Program-made: the position numbers and the translations under genes | Notes under the pieces: generated by a model | The model's database searches: none | What the model was told of the DNA's origin: nothing | Seen by the model: the letters and a program-made list of their open reading frames with translations, nothing else | NCBI RefSeq assembly: GCF_009914755.1 | Contig: NC_060930.1 | DNA from: the human T2T-CHM13v2.0 reference genome, Homo sapiens | Length of the DNA stretch: 64,000 nt | Strand: one strand, 5' to 3' | In this document: piece by piece, positions 46,938 to 64,000 of the stretch | Layout: each line of letters opens with the position of its first letter | Position numbering within the stretch: position 1 is the stretch's first letter

Positions 46938-47789
46938 CTTAATATATATGAAGCATCTAGACTGTCTGGCACATTGTACATTTTAAATCCCAGATATCGA
47001 TATCATCAATATCATCATCATCATCATCTGTGGCTGTATAATACCTCCCTCTGCATTTAAAGGATGAGGGCTGGTGTAGCAGTTATTAATATAAGTGAGC
47101 TAGTTGGCTATAAACCTCTCCTATAGGCTTTGCCATAAACTTGTGTCATGGATAATCAGAGAATTTGGACCTCCTAATGACAGGCCACTGACAAGAAAAG
47201 CCCAGAGGGAGCTGATTGAGCATGCTCAGTTCTTTCTACCAAAGGCCTCAATCAGACAGATTCTCTTTCCCAGGAGTAGACACTGAGGGGGTGGAAACAG
47301 GCTCTGAGTTGACTCCACTGAGAAGTCCCTGAATGGATAGCAGCCAGGGAATTAAGGAGTTTCCCTGTGGCAAGTCTCTACTCGTACAATATTAGGACAG
47401 CTGTTTTTTTAATTTGTTCTGTGGGTGCATATTTTTGATCTCCACAACATAACTACTTACTCACTGTGTTGCTTTTTGAAATTTATAACATCTAAATTTG
47501 CAAATGTGAGGTATGCTCTCAGGAAAATTATATATCTGTTAAAATTCTTTGCTCCTTTTAGGACACTTCCATCCATCAGGTGACCTCTAGTAGCGTACAT
47601 ACTCAGCAACAATTAAAGGTAGTTTCTGGCTTGTTTTTCCCAAACAATAATTTGTTCAAAATACAGAAATTTGGAAAGTACCCCATGATGAGAAACTTTT
47701 GAAAGAGAATTTAATGTACAGTAACTATTTTTTTCCTCTGAGGAATAATTTTGGGAAAAGAAATTTGCTTTATATTCAGGCATATTGAG

Positions 47790-48952
47790 TAAGTTGCCTT
47801 CATTTTCAAACAAATTCATCACCTCTCCTTTCCCCATTCCCCAAACTTGTTCATTTTCTTCATTCTTAAACTCTGCATCTGTCTTCCCCTCACTTTACCA
47901 CGTAGCTAAATCTCTTAAGAGCCAACCTATTGCCACTCCCTTCATCTTTTTTAATCTAATGGATCATAAGTCCTGTTGATTTCATCACTCACATCTCTCA
48001 AATCGGTCTCCTTGGATATCTTGCTACTTCTGATTTCAGACAATTGTCATTTGTCACTTGCAGCAGCCTTCCAGCTGCCTTCCTCCCAATCTCCCCTATG
48101 AGCATTCTGTTCTTCAAACTGTTGCCAAAGAGGAATTTCTAAAATACCGTTTGATCATGTAATTCCAGGTTTTAAAAACCTAATGTTGACTCTCTGACAT
48201 TTAAAGAATAAAGTCCGTATTTCTTGGGATGACTGACATGGCTTTGCTGTGATTCTGGCTACATCCTTAGAGAATCACTTGCAGATATTAATTTTGCATA
48301 TGCTATTCCCTTTACATGGAATGTTCCTGCCTCCTCTTTCCCCCATCCTTTGCCTGATGAACGCCTATTCATCCTCCATGTCACTTTGGGTGTTACCCTG
48401 AGGAAACAGTGGTTATTTTTTCCCTGCCCATCTGGGCTGGATACCCCTCCTAAGTTGTCCCACAACACACAGTACACACCTTGGTCGATTATCACACTGT
48501 TTGTTGTTCTGCCGTTGTTTGTGTCTCTTGAATATGAGTTTCTTGAGATTAGGGACCTGAGATCCCCAGTGCCCAGCAGAGCAGGACCTGTTTCCACCCC
48601 CTCAGTAACTACTCCTGGGGAAGAGAACCTACAAATAAATGTGTATTGCATGAATAAAGCTATATATCCCCTTCCTGTTCATACTTATCCATTTAATTTC
48701 TGAACTCTAAATGCTGTATTTTTCTCCATTAAATTTGGTTTTATTGGTTTCAGTTTCCTCTTTATATGGATTTTGAGTCCTAATTTTGTCAACCAGCATA
48801 TCAACAGTTCTTTCTAGCTTTTGTCCCCCGGTAGAATGGCAGCTCCATGAAGACAGGGATTAGTGTCTGTTTTGTTCACTGCTGTTTTCTCAGCATCTAG
48901 AATAGTGCTGGCACATATAGATACTCACAAAGTATTTGTTGAATGAATGAAG
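47790..48952 (+). mobile_element. L2 3' region fragments
   Basis: agctccatgaagacaggga...gtctgttttgttcactgct...tggcacata...gtatttgttgaatgaatgaa. Confidence 0.75.
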
Positions 48953-49753
48953 GTGTTGCATACAAATTTGATAAATAAAACTTAGGTTTTCTTTCAAATA
49001 TTAATCCTTAGCTCCATTCTGTTCAATATTTTTATTAGAGATAACCTTTAAAAATCTTCCTTGTCACATAAGAGTTAATTCCATGAATCTTACAGAACAA
49101 GGCTATACTGAGAAATTCAAGGAACACCTTAATGAATCAGGGTTATTTCATTGTGAGAGAGTATAGAAATGGTTGATAGTATGCTGTAAGTAATTTTACT
49201 TTACGTGTAAGTACTTTTCTCTGGCTTTCCAGAACATGCTGTTGGAGTAAGAGAGGAATGCCTTATTGTGGACCGAGGGGATAGATTTGGATACAGCCTT
49301 CTTTGAGGAAGGTAGAGAGGTCAACTATTACATATCCAGCAGTAACTTCCCTTTCAAAGACTAAGTGTTCTCATTCAATCATTTGATACTTTTTGTGCAT
49401 CTACTACAATTTGAAGAATAGAAGAGGGAAATGCATGTGTAAGGCATGGTGGCAACATTTAAGAAACCCAGATTTGGGGATACAAGGTGTGTGTGTGCAC
49501 ATGCATGTGTGTGCAATTTAAATGCACAGGGTAAAGAACTTTGAGGCAGTGACAATGAGTGGCAATGGTGGTAATTAAGTGCTGGGGAAGATCAAGGGAG
49601 AGAGAGGGTGCTGAGAGCCAATAGGGTGGAACATGTTTGAAAGAGCTGGGTTCTGAAGTATTCCTCCATAGAAGGGCATTTTAAATAGCTTTTTTGCGTC
49701 CTTATTCTGTTAAGCATTATTAAATTGTTCTCCCATCTTTAAAAGGTTCCCTA

Positions 49754-50085
<332 letters not shown>

Positions 50086-51248
50086 AAATTAAAACAATAA
50101 AAGCAGTGTGGTTGCTTATAAGGAGTGATGGAGTGGACAGAGGAGGTTTTTGGGCTAGTCAGGTAAGGCTGGGGTATGAATCTAGAAGTTTCCATTTAAA
50201 TAGCAGGGAGCCCTTAGGCAAATCACTTAACTTCTGAGCTTTGCCTGTTTCACCTGAGGTTGCTTCAAAGATTGAATGAAACCGTATATATAAAGTGCTC
50301 CTAAACATCATCTGCCATGTGGCAGGTTCTCAAGAAATGTTAGTTTCCCTTTCTCCTTACAAAGATAAGATGCTTGCTTTGAGTATATTTTTAGGCTTCC
50401 TGATCATTATTGGTTATGATTTTAAATCTTGGTCCAGCCACCACCCATATGGTTTCTGCAGTTAACAAAAGAGGCAAAGGTTCACTACTGGGGGAAAAGA
50501 GGTGTACAGAAATGGGTGTAGAGAAAGTAGATGTTTGAAGGGGATCTAATTAGGAAAGTATTTTTCCTGGTGGTCCAGAATTTAAAATTATAGAGTCTTA
50601 TGAGAAAATGATAATATTCAGGTTAAGAACAGTTTATTATTTCCTCTCTATATTGGAGAATATTTTCATTATCTTATATAAGAACCTTGTAAAAATTTTT
50701 CTTCTTAACTAGCTTCCCACTATAGGCCATTAATCCTGTTATTATTTCAAAGATTAAACAACTATAGTAATAACAGGATTATATGTGCATTAATTTATAT
50801 TACTTCATTCCGCAAAGGATTTGAGGTAGTTTTTAGAAGCATAAAACACTGCACAAATAAAATAGTAGGATAGGAGTAGAAAATAAAATTTCAGCAACCA
50901 TGAAAAATATGACATAGTATATGTTGTTAAGACTGGGGGAATGTAAACACATCACCAGTCAGGGCCTATATAGTTGTTACAGTCCCATAGCAAATTTGAC
51001 TCTAAGCTTCTGGCAAACAACATGAAAAGGGAAGCATGATGGATGTGGTTAAATAAGACACAATTTACTTGTTACTTTACTCAAGGAAGCAAGTATTTTT
51101 TGCCCCTTTGTTTCTTATAGGAGATGCTGGGTAATGAAGTAATGTTGGCATTGGCCTTATAGTGGAGGTAATAATGGATTTTATCAGGCAGTTTCTTTAA
51201 GCATCTCTTGATGAAAGATGAGGCTATGACATCAAGAGACAATTCTGA

Positions 51249-51701
<453 letters not shown>

Positions 51702-51737
51702 CTATCTTCTTTAAATATCACTGCTTTCAACAGGACT

Positions 51738-52037
51738 TTTTTTTTTTTTTTTGAAACAGGATCTTGCCCTGCCCTGTCACCCAGGTTGGAGGGCAGTGGC
51801 ATGATCATGGCTCACTGCAGCCTTGACCTCCCAGCTCAGCCTTCTGAGTAGCTGGGACAACAGGTGCATGCCACCGTGACTGGCTAATTTTAAAAAGTTG
51901 TTTCGTTTTTTTTTTTCTGTAGAGACAGGGTCTCCCTAGATTGTCCAGGCTGGTCTCAAACTCCTGGCCTCAAGCAGCTCTCCAGTCTTTGCCTCTCAAA
52001 GTGTTGGGATTACAGACGTGAGCCACCACGCCTGGCC
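51738..52037 (-). mobile_element. AluJ
   Basis: Antisense dimer. Confidence 0.9.
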
Positions 52038-52149
52038 CAAAAAACATAATAATGTGGTTATTCGAAGAAGTGATTTCCTCTCAAAACATAAATTCATTTC
52101 TTCTTTTACTCTTGTAACTTTCTGAGGTGAAAAGTAGGAAGTTCCCAGA

Positions 52150-53454
52150 TTTTTCATTGCTGTAAAGAAAGATTATAGACAAGCAAGGAAGGAGTTAGAA
52201 TAACCTGTGTGATAATGAATTAGAAGAGTTGGAGGTGTATGTAAGTATGCTCAGCATGAATTTATGTTTAGCTTAATGTAGATACAGATGGTTACATGTG
52301 GAAAGTATTTATAGCTATGCATAGATAGGTTGGTATATGTACATGTATTTTCTACCTCCTTTGGCTAAGAGGGCGCAGAAGCCATGACATCCCTGTTGCA
52401 ACAAAAACACCTAGCACCATTTATCTTGGTTTGTAATACTATTCTCCAGTAAAAACAACCAGGGCTCCTTGCAGAAAGGGCTGATGATAATATATAAGAT
52501 TAGCCTGGAGCATCTTATATATCAGAAAGCAAGGGAGTACTCAAAAACTAAAAACAATAAACTGCTCCCCAATAATGGGAGTATGTCAAAGGGTCACAGG
52601 AGCCATGTGAAAGAGTTTGCAATAGCCAACAAAATGAAGAAGTATTTGAATTTAAATCAGAGTATAAAATAAATATCTACGAGTCCATAATGATATAAAC
52701 AAGTGATTGAATAAATAAATAAATGTGGGAGACTAGACAAATCCCCCATGCAGAAGAATTCCAAGTAATTTATGTAGGTAAATACTTCACTGTCAAAGAG
52801 GCAGAGCATAATTAATTCCCCACTCCTGTAAGTGTGGGCTGCTTAGTGACTTCCTTCCAGGAGTGCAGTATAAATAGGGAAAAGAAGACAACTTCACAGT
52901 GGAGGAATCTGGCAAACTCTGTCCCACCCAGATGATCAAGGTTTACATCAAAAGCACTAAGCCATGTTGATACTGCACTGTGTTTCCTTGATATAATGGG
53001 ATGAAATGGCACTTTGTGTAGTCGTGCTTCCAAAAAACCTCATAGCCCTAGACTAATCATGGGAAGAACACCAGACAAATCCTAATTGAGGGACATGCTA
53101 CTTAATTCCTGAAAAGTACTCCTCAATGCTGTCAAGGTCATCTGAAACAAGAAAAGTCTGGCAAACTGTCACAGTCAAGAGGAGACTAAGGAGATATGAC
53201 GACTAAATATAATGTGGTATCCTGTATGGGATCTTGGAATAGAAAAAGGATATTAGTTAAAACTGAGGAAATCTGAGTAAAATATAGATGTTTGTTACTA
53301 ATAATGTATCAATAGTAGTTCATTAATTGTGACAAATGTAACATACTATCGTAAGATGTTAATAATAGAGGAAACTGGATGTGAGGTATATGGGCACTCC
53401 CTGTACTGTTCACAATTGTTATGTAAATCTGAAACTATTCTAAAATGAAAGTGT

Positions 53455-53455
<1 letters not shown>
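52150..53455 (+). mobile_element. L1MC/MD-type 3'UTR
   Basis: cccatgcagaagaattccaa...ctaatcatgggaagaacaccagacaaatcc...aagatgttaataatagaggaaactgg...gtaaatctgaaactattctaaaat. Confidence 0.8.
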
Positions 53456-54119
<664 letters not shown>

Positions 54120-54248
54120 AAACTTGGTGTTTTCATCTGAGAATGAGGTTTCCAAGAATTGAAGATACAAGTTAGCTAAATAGTATCAGTGAAACCACAG
54201 AGTATAACTTCAGACCACTTGTGGTTTTAAGGCAGATCTATGCCACAG

Positions 54249-54400
54249 AGAAGTATTTGAATTTAAATCAAAGTATAAAATAAATATCTATGAGTCCATA
54301 ATGATATAAACAAGTGATTGAATAAATACATAAATGTGGGAGACTAGACAGATCTCCCATGCAGAAGAATTCCAAATAGTTTATGTAGGTAAATATTTCA
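54249..54400 (+). repeat. 152-bp direct copy of 52638-52789
   Basis: agaagtatttgaatttaaatca...atgtaggtaaata(c/t)ttca in both places; about 8 substitutions by eye. Confidence 0.95.
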
Positions 54401-54866
54401 GAGTATCAGTACTATGATCCTTCTTACAATGCTATATCCGACTAAAAAAAAAAAAAAGAAAAAAAGAAAAAGAACTGTGATCCTAGTTGCGAATGTTGAC
54501 TTATAGCCAGAAAAGATGACTTTCTTATTTGAAAGCATCATGAAATGCTATCAGCATGCAGAAATGAGAGGGCATAACAGAGAGCTATTCTATCGTATTT
54601 TTATTTAATGTTTTAAAAGAGCTATTAATAATATAATGTGAAGAGAAGTTTTAATTTCAGAGGAATGGGATGTTTGGTTTTAAGATTATTTTTGCAAAAT
54701 GTAGTCTGTCATTTTTAAAGTGAACTTTATAATGAAAAGAGTTTGAAATTATTTCCCTATTATTAATATTTATTTATTTTTATTACTTTTCTGCCATGAC
54801 AATTACAGTGCACATTTTCCCTATTTTTAGCTTTTTTCTGGTAAAGTGATTTTACCTCCTGTAGAT

Positions 54867-55176
54867 CGTCAGTCCCCAGACTTTCTGGCACTAGGGACTG
54901 GTTTCATGGAGGACAATTTTTTGACAAATTGGAGGGGGAATGATTTCAGGATAAAACTGTTCTATCTCAGATCATCAGGCATTAGATTCTTACAAGGAAT
55001 GTGCAACCTAGATCCCCTGCATGCACAGTTCACAATAGGGTTTGTGCTCCTATGAGAATCTAATGCTGTGCTGATCCGACAGGAGGTGGAGCTCAGGTGG
55101 TAATGCTCGCTCACCTACCACTCACCTCCTGCTGTGTGGCCTGGTTCCTAACAGGCTCGGGGGCTGGGGACCCCTG
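54867..55176 (+). mobile_element. MER1B hAT-Charlie MITE
   Basis: gtcccca...agatcatcaggcattagattct...gagaatctaatgc...ggggacccctg; 8-bp TSD ctgtagat/ctgtaaat. Confidence 0.9.
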
Positions 55177-55341
55177 CTGTAAATAACCTTTCGAAGATCT
55201 GAAAATTAACTTTAGTATTTTTTTGTATTTACTCGATATTTTAAACAAACAAAAATCTAGAGAATGACATAACAAATGTATTTTCTGCGTATCCACTACT
55301 CTTTACTCAGATCCTAACATTCTCAGTTTTGAAAAGATGTA

Positions 55342-55604
55342 GGCTGGTCACAGTGGCTCATGCCTGTAATGTCAACACTTTAGGAGGCCAAGGAGGACAG
55401 ATCACGTGAATCCAGGAGTTAGAGACCAGCCTGAGCTATAAGGCAAAACCCTGTCTCTACAAAAATTAGCCAGGTGTGGTGGCCTGCACCTGTAGTTCTA
55501 GCTACTCGGGAGCCTGAGGTGGGAGGGTCAATTGACCAGAGGCTATAGTGAGCTGTGATCCTGCCACTACACTCCAGTCTAGGTGGCAAAGCAAGACCCT
55601 GACT

Positions 55605-55637
<33 letters not shown>
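55342..55637 (+). mobile_element. AluJ
   Basis: TSD aaaagatgta; long A tail. Confidence 0.92.
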
Positions 55638-55639
<2 letters not shown>

Positions 55640-55669
55640 TGTAAACATTACAGGCCCAGCTGTGGTCCC

Positions 55670-56790
55670 GTGTACACTTCTCCATTCCTAATCCCCTTCA
55701 TGCACACTTTCCCACAGGTAATCACTATCCCAAATTTGCTTTAATTATTCCCATCATGTTTTATGCTATGACTACAAATGTGTGAATCTATATTCCACTG
55801 TATGTTAATACCAACATTTTTTCATTTATTTTACCGCTGATGGGCAATTTAGGTTATTTCCAGATTTTTACTATTACAGATGCTTCTGTGAACATCCTTA
55901 CTCATTTCTCCTTGTGCACATGTGCAAAATTTCTCTGGAGTACATACCTGGGAGTGGAATTACTAGAATGTGGTGCATGTACATGTTGTTGTATTTATCA
56001 GTAGTTCACTCTTATTTATTGCTGTGTATTCCATTACATAGATATACCATAATTTGTTTATCTAATCACTTATTTATAGACATTTGGGTTCTTTCTGTTT
56101 TTTTGACTATTAGAAATAAAGCAGCTATAAACATTTGTATATAAGTTTTTGTATAGGCATATGCTTTGGTTTCTCTTAGGCTCAGGGGCTGGGAACCCCC
56201 TAGGAATGGAGGAATAGCTGGGTCATATGGTAGGTGTATGTTTAACTTTTTAAGAAATTCCTGAACTGCTTTCCAAAGTGTTTGTACTATTTTATATTCC
56301 CAGTAGCAGTATGTGAAAGTTCTTGTTGCTCTACATCCTCACCAACACTTGGTATGATTAGTCATTTTTAGATATCCTGTGATGTGTGTGGTTTTTCATT
56401 GTTTTAATTGACAGTTCCCTGATGACTAATGATATTGGGTGTCATAGGCATATTTTCCATTTATATATCTTTTTTGTAAAGTTCAAATTTTTTGCCCATT
56501 TTTAAAATTGAGTTGCTTGGTTTTTATTGAGTTCTGAGAATTTTGTATGTAATTTATATACAAGTTCTTACTAGATATGTAATTTGCAAATCTTCTCTCT
56601 CAGTTTGTGGCTTGTCTTTTTATTCTCTTAGCAGTGTCTTTCAAAGAGAAGTTCTTAGTTTTGATGAAGTTTAGTTTATCAACATTTTCTTGTACTGATT
56701 TCTTGTATGGGCATTTAGGTTTTTCATGTTATATCTAAGAAATCTTTGCCTAAACCAAGATCACAAAGATTTTCTCCGGTATTTTCTTCT
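55670..56790 (-). mobile_element. Old L1M fragments
   Basis: atagctgggtcatatggtaggtgtatgtttaac...catcctcaccaacacttgg...ttttgatgaagt...aagaaatctttgcctaaacc. Confidence 0.85.
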
Positions 56791-57052
56791 TTTGTTTGAG
56801 ACAGAGTCTCACTCTGTTGCCCAGGCTGGAGTGCAGTAGTGCAGTCTCAGCTCACTGCAACCTCCACCTCCTGGGTTCAAGCGATTCTTGTGCTTCAGCC
56901 TCCTGAATAGCTGGGATTACAGGCATGTGCCACCATGCTCAGCTAATTTTTGTATTTTTTTAAGTAGAGACAGGGTTTCACCATGTTGGGAAGGCTGGTC
57001 TTCAATTCCTAACCTCAGGTGATCTGCCCAACTCAGCCTCCCAAAGTGCTGG
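56789..57052 (-). mobile_element. AluS cut by the ERV LTR
   Basis: The Alu stops at cccaaagtgctgg, directly followed by the LTR terminus TGACA. Confidence 0.9.
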
Positions 57053-58005
<953 letters not shown>

Positions 58006-59645
58006 GTTCTCCCCTCTGAAGAGGTACATCTAACTGCCATTAGAATAGGGATGATGACTGATACTAACTGCTTCCTGCTGACAGGGGTGCGGGGTGCTGT
58101 TTTGGGAAAATGGCAGTCAGATCTCCCTCAGAGGCCTATCTAAGGGTCCCCAGTAAAAGGGAGCCATCGTCTGAGGCTCCAGTTTCATGACTGGAGTTTA
58201 ATGGCCTGAAAATGAGAAGACAACCAGATTATTAGAAGGCATGTATCAAAACAAAATAAGGGGGTAAGGACAGCTCAAAAATCCTGAGGCTGCCAACATG
58301 CCCAGATAACAGGTGGCTATAGTTATGCCTGCTAAGATTTGGGTGAATGAGGCTCGGCTTTGGTCAGCTTCTTTGGTCTTATTTTCCCAAACAAAGAAAC
58401 CTCTGGGTTACGGGCACCCTGTTTACTCCTATCACCTGGCAGGATTTGCAGGATAATTGCCCAGAACTAGAATATTGATCCAGATTTTTACATCACCCAT
58501 CCCTTTTGTTTCTTCTGAGCTGCAGCTGATGATCACTGGTTGGTTCACAGAAATAAGCAGGGTTAGTCTAAAATGCAGACAAAAACTTAAAAACAACTAA
58601 TGAGACTAGAATTTAATGAAAAGTGTATGATAAATTTTGAAACATAATTTTTCTCTCTCCAGTCCTCATTTTTGTTAAAAACAAATCATGATAGGACTGA
58701 GTCATTTGCAGAATAAACTTTAGTCTTATATTTGGCCTGGTTATTTGCATAAAGCACAGCAAGAATAATTATTTTTCACACAGGCTTTTAAAATTGGCTT
58801 TGATGGAACTCTGTTCCACAAGGAATTTCAGATAAGACCTTTTAAAGCTGAGCCCAGCCATGGGTTTGTATCCTCAAATACCTATGAGTTGGGTAAATTC
58901 CTCTCTTCTTGAGGTCCCAAGATAACATGGGGTTCCTGGGCCTATTAGAAAGTGACATTCTTTATTCACCACAGATTAGGAACTCTGTACAGGGACTGTG
59001 TAGAAGACAAAGTATGAGGCCAGTTTTCCCAAGGGGCTTTTATTGGTTCTGCAAGTCAAACTTGATTTCTTAAAGGTAAGCACACCCTTCCAGTCAAAGC
59101 CTTGGTAAAACAACCAGTTTCTCCAGTTGTGTCCTGTTGCAAAAGAAAATGGATTCTTACTGCACTGATGCAAATAACTGTATTGCTGCAAATTAAGAAT
59201 ACTCACAAATAGTTTCCAAGTTCTGAGGAAACCAGGCAAAAAGAAATAAATGTGCTCCAAATTTTGTTCACTGGAGTATACCTTACTCAATTGTTAAAAG
59301 CTATAGATAGCTCAACATGAAAGTTTCCTTGACTCTGAAAAACAAAACAAGGATCAGCAATGTTTTAAGCAAAAAAAGATTACTTCAGCTTTCTATTAGT
59401 TCAGTACATTCTATTAACTCTTCTTCTGCTTGATATTCATGAACATTTCAGCTCTTCATGAGTCCTGTACATTTTCCCTCTATTCCAATGTCACAATCTC
59501 CAAAGTTATCAGAAACCTGCATTTGAGAGCACCTGTCAAAGTCCCATAGCTGATTATAAACCATCTTTTGAAAAGGATCAAAATAAGACAATTGTCTGTG
59601 AATGACAAAATGTCTTTGGGTAATAACAGTCAAAGCCATGATTGA

Positions 59646-59993
<348 letters not shown>

Positions 59994-60954
59994 CAACATA
60001 ATAATTTTAATTACGATTGATAGCATATACTCAGACATTAGAATTTTAGAAACCTCATAGAATTTTGGAACATATGTATTTTTCATTAAAATATAACCTG
60101 AAGAAGATTAAACATTATTTTTATTTTGGCAATCCCACATAACTAAACATGTCAATTAATCCTGTTTACCTCTCTTTTGGATGCTCCAGGAGCCCTCTGT
60201 AGTATTCAAAAGTAAGGGGTCAGAAAAGACAACCTTGAAACTGAAGTTTGATTTTGGGAAGCCTGTTAAGTACATTAGAGGTTTAAAACACTTTATATTA
60301 TGAAATACAATTCCAGATTACCATAAGTCATTTATTTAGCCAAAATGATGACTCAAAAATTTTTAAAAAGGTAAAAACCTTTACTCATTAAGAGTGAAGA
60401 CAGCTTTCCAAACAAACAATCCATCTCTGGTCTCTCCCACACCCTTTATTTTTTGATGAAATCTTTAGATAATTCTGTCCAATCTTAACCAGTTTGACCA
60501 TGAGGTGAGATTCTTATAAACCTTTACAAATTTTTGTTAAAGAGTAGATCAGTGCCTTAAGAAAACCTTGTTCTTTTATTCTAATGTTCAATTTACAGAA
60601 AAACCATGTAATACCCTTTTGAATTTAGTCAATATGTTCACACACAGAATTTCTTTTGCAAGATTAATTTTTACAAACCTTCCACAACCTTCAACTTTAT
60701 CTTATCCAACTTAAAACAATTATTTAATCCTCTAAACTAGGCAAAAATTTAAATTCCCATGCCTTCTTATAATCCTTTACTAAAAACACATTTACTTTCC
60801 TTACACACCTTGATGTAAATCTGTTTTCAGTAGTCTCAATTACATGGTATAATGGTAAACCTTAGCAATTTTTAATTTTAATGTAAAGCCTGGTAAGTTA
60901 TTTTAATTATGTGCTACCAATTATACCTTAAGTTGTAGCGACTCTGGTGTGCTA

Positions 60955-61320
<366 letters not shown>

Positions 61321-64000
61321 GCCAAAGAAGCAGTTTATAACTTTAAAGCATTTAGTAAACCTAGTATCTGACCTGCATAATTTAGACCACATGTTTACAT
61401 TTTGAAGACATTTGTATTTTACCAATAATCTCTAAAACTTTTTATTTTTCAAATATTAAAATCATTTGAACTAAAAGGTATTATAGCTTTTATTTTTCCT
61501 TCAGAAAATATTTGATCTAAGTGCTTATTTTTCTCTAAGCCAATTAATTAGAGCTCTTTTTTATACAAACATCACACATATTACACATATATAACTACAC
61601 AGACAGAGGATCCAGTAGTTGTAAGATTTTTCATTGTCCAATCTCCTAATTAGATTACTGACCTCAGGATGGAGCCCTTCAAGAGCAGGGCTAGGAAAGC
61701 ATGCAGTTTCTAGGGCCTAATAAATAGTTATAGCTGGAAGACAAAAACAGATTTTGAGAGGGATTTATCTGCTTTTAATTCTTCGGGTTTCATGAGGAAA
61801 ACAGAGGTTTTTTTCTAAAATGGGGTCAGTGGTGCCTCTTCCATTTTTTCCAGGGAGTCCCAGGCCATCAGAAGTTATCTTAGGGCCTCTCATGCGTGCA
61901 TTAAGAGAGGCAAGACAAAATGGAGAAAAGTAATTCAGTTGACTGAAAAAGAAAATCTTTTTCCAGTGAAACAAGATGCAAGAAGAGGAAAACATAGAGG
62001 CCTTTTAAATATGCCTATAGCTTGGATATCCACTTTTAATTAAGCTGACTTTTTACCATAGTGCTCTTATTTTAAAAAATCCTTTTAAATCCCTTGTTAC
62101 CCAACTTTAGCCTCACCAAGTGGCCAATATTTCTGGCTTTTGAACTTTACCAAAAGTAACCTCACAGGTGAAACCAACAAGCCTTAAGTAAGGTTGTGAC
62201 TTCACTGCCTGTGTACAAGGTATTTTCAAAGAGATGGTAAGCAGTTTTTACAAAATCTAGAATCTTTAAAGATAGCTCAGAGAAAGGAAGATTTAAGAAA
62301 GGAAGCTAGAAGTTGTTCATGGAGGGGAAGAGAATCAGCAAATGATAAAAGTCACACAGATATTAGCCAGAAAGTACTCATTCCCTAAGCCAGGATTGAA
62401 CCTGGGCTTCCATTGTAAAATGGCAGAGACCAAAAGAAAGTCCTGCCACGTGGTTACAAGGTCAAGCTCCCAAGGACATAAAACAAGATGGAGACCTTAT
62501 TCAGTTTTTTTTCCTTCAGAGACCTGTAGCAAAGTCTGTAACTGACCAGTTTGCATGGCTGGCTTGAACAGTGGGCTTATGGGGTCCTAGGTCTGTGTTC
62601 TATCCTGTCTTACTCCTTATGACAGAACTGTACAGAAAGACACACAAAGCATAGCAGATTGGCTACAGCTTAAGATTAGCCTCACAAATCCTTTTTTCCA
62701 TTAATCAAAACTTTACAGAAGAATAAACAGTGATTTTTATCCTTCCTTTTACTGGTTTGCACAGGGAGAAAGAGGCCAGAAGTCTGACTGGTAAGAACTT
62801 TTACTCTTTTACTGGCATGTCAGGCTTCTGGGTTCCCTTCCCAGTTCAATTTTAAGCCAAGCAGTTTAAGGTTTGGGGATACTAAACTTTTCACAGTTTG
62901 GGGGATGCATCCAAGGGCAGTATCCTGTGGTACAGGGACACAATTACCCATCCATGAAGAGAAGACAGAAGATGAAAAAGAAGACATTTATTTCAAAGGA
63001 GTCCCAGTGATTCAGGATGCATTCAAAAGAAGTACGGACTGAAGATGGCTGGTTACCCACCTGGAAAGAGGGGAAAAAGGCATCCTTTAGTTCCCGTCTT
63101 TTCCCAGCATATACTTAGGGTACATAAGGGGGAGAAAGAAAAGGTGTCCACTTTCTTTCTTCCATCTTTGTATCTCCGAGTTCCGGTGACCTTGGCAGGT
63201 GCTGCCCATGGATGCCAACACGGCTTTCACCCGTGCGGAACAGGGAGGCCTAGAGGGTAGGAATTATCTGTACTCACCTACCCGCTGCCTATCCTCCCTG
63301 CTGTCCGTAACGTTTGAGTTTCCTAGACCTCATCTATGCCATAGATACAAGCATGACCTCTTTTTATGAAGCAAGGGTTTAATTGGCAGGAATTAGTCCT
63401 ACTCACCTGTGCTGTGTCCCTTGACTTTCATTGCCATCTGCTTCTCGATCCCTCAGATCCAGTTTTTCTTTCTAGGGCTTCAACCTGAAGCTCGAAATTG
63501 AGTTTGGGACAAAAAGGTGCCTCAGGAGGGTGCATGGGCTCATTAAGTTAGGGAGTCCCATGAATTTGGGTCCTGGCCTAGTAAGATGCTTTCCAAAAGG
63601 ACAAAAGAAAACCCTTGCATGGAAAAGCTCTCTGTATTCACAGGGCTGTGTTTAACTCCTGATACTGTGGAGAAAAGACAAAAAACAGCTTAAGTACAAG
63701 AAGGGGGAAGTGCCTGGGAGAAAAAGCCTCTTGCTCTATGCAAATGGGTTCCTTCAACAGGGAAAAAAAAGACACTTCTAATCCCTGTATCCTCCTTGCC
63801 TCTAAGAACAGATGGAAACTGCATTGTTCTGAATTGCATATCTGACAGCTGGGCCAAATGCTCATTCTCCCCAGTAATATCTCTGTAGTTTGCAGCAACA
63901 CTCTTAACATTGTAAAAGAAGAGATAGGTGCCATGACAGACCCCCCAAAAAGAAGGAAAATGTGGTAGAAAAAACTGGATTAGAACAAGGTTGACATTCC

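Overview
Repeat-rich primate DNA, almost certainly human because it carries an AluYa5. I see no host protein-coding exon, and the window reads like the interior of a long intron. The centrepiece is a ~7.1-kb HERV-W (HERV17/LTR17) processed pseudogene on the + strand (27548-34637). It is a genomic viral RNA copied by L1 machinery, with R-U5 at the 5' end, U3-R at the 3' end, an A-rich tail, a perfect 17-bp TSD and insertion into a MIR. Its gag-pro-pol is disrupted, IN/env is doubly deleted, and a second foreign pol remnant lies in the pre-gag leader. Other elements are a near-complete HSMAR2 mariner fossil, a twin-primed L1PA, a minus-strand MER4-group ERV1 running off the right edge, about 35 Alus, and old L1M, L2, MIR, MaLR and hAT fossils. 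The least expected signals are several locally templated insertion scars, including 100-150 bp segments copied from ~1.6 kb away, and L1 target sites that were reused. I find no convincing evidence of a wholly new biological system. Family and subfamily assignments come from recalled consensus sequences, not from searches, and boundaries of old repeats are approximate.
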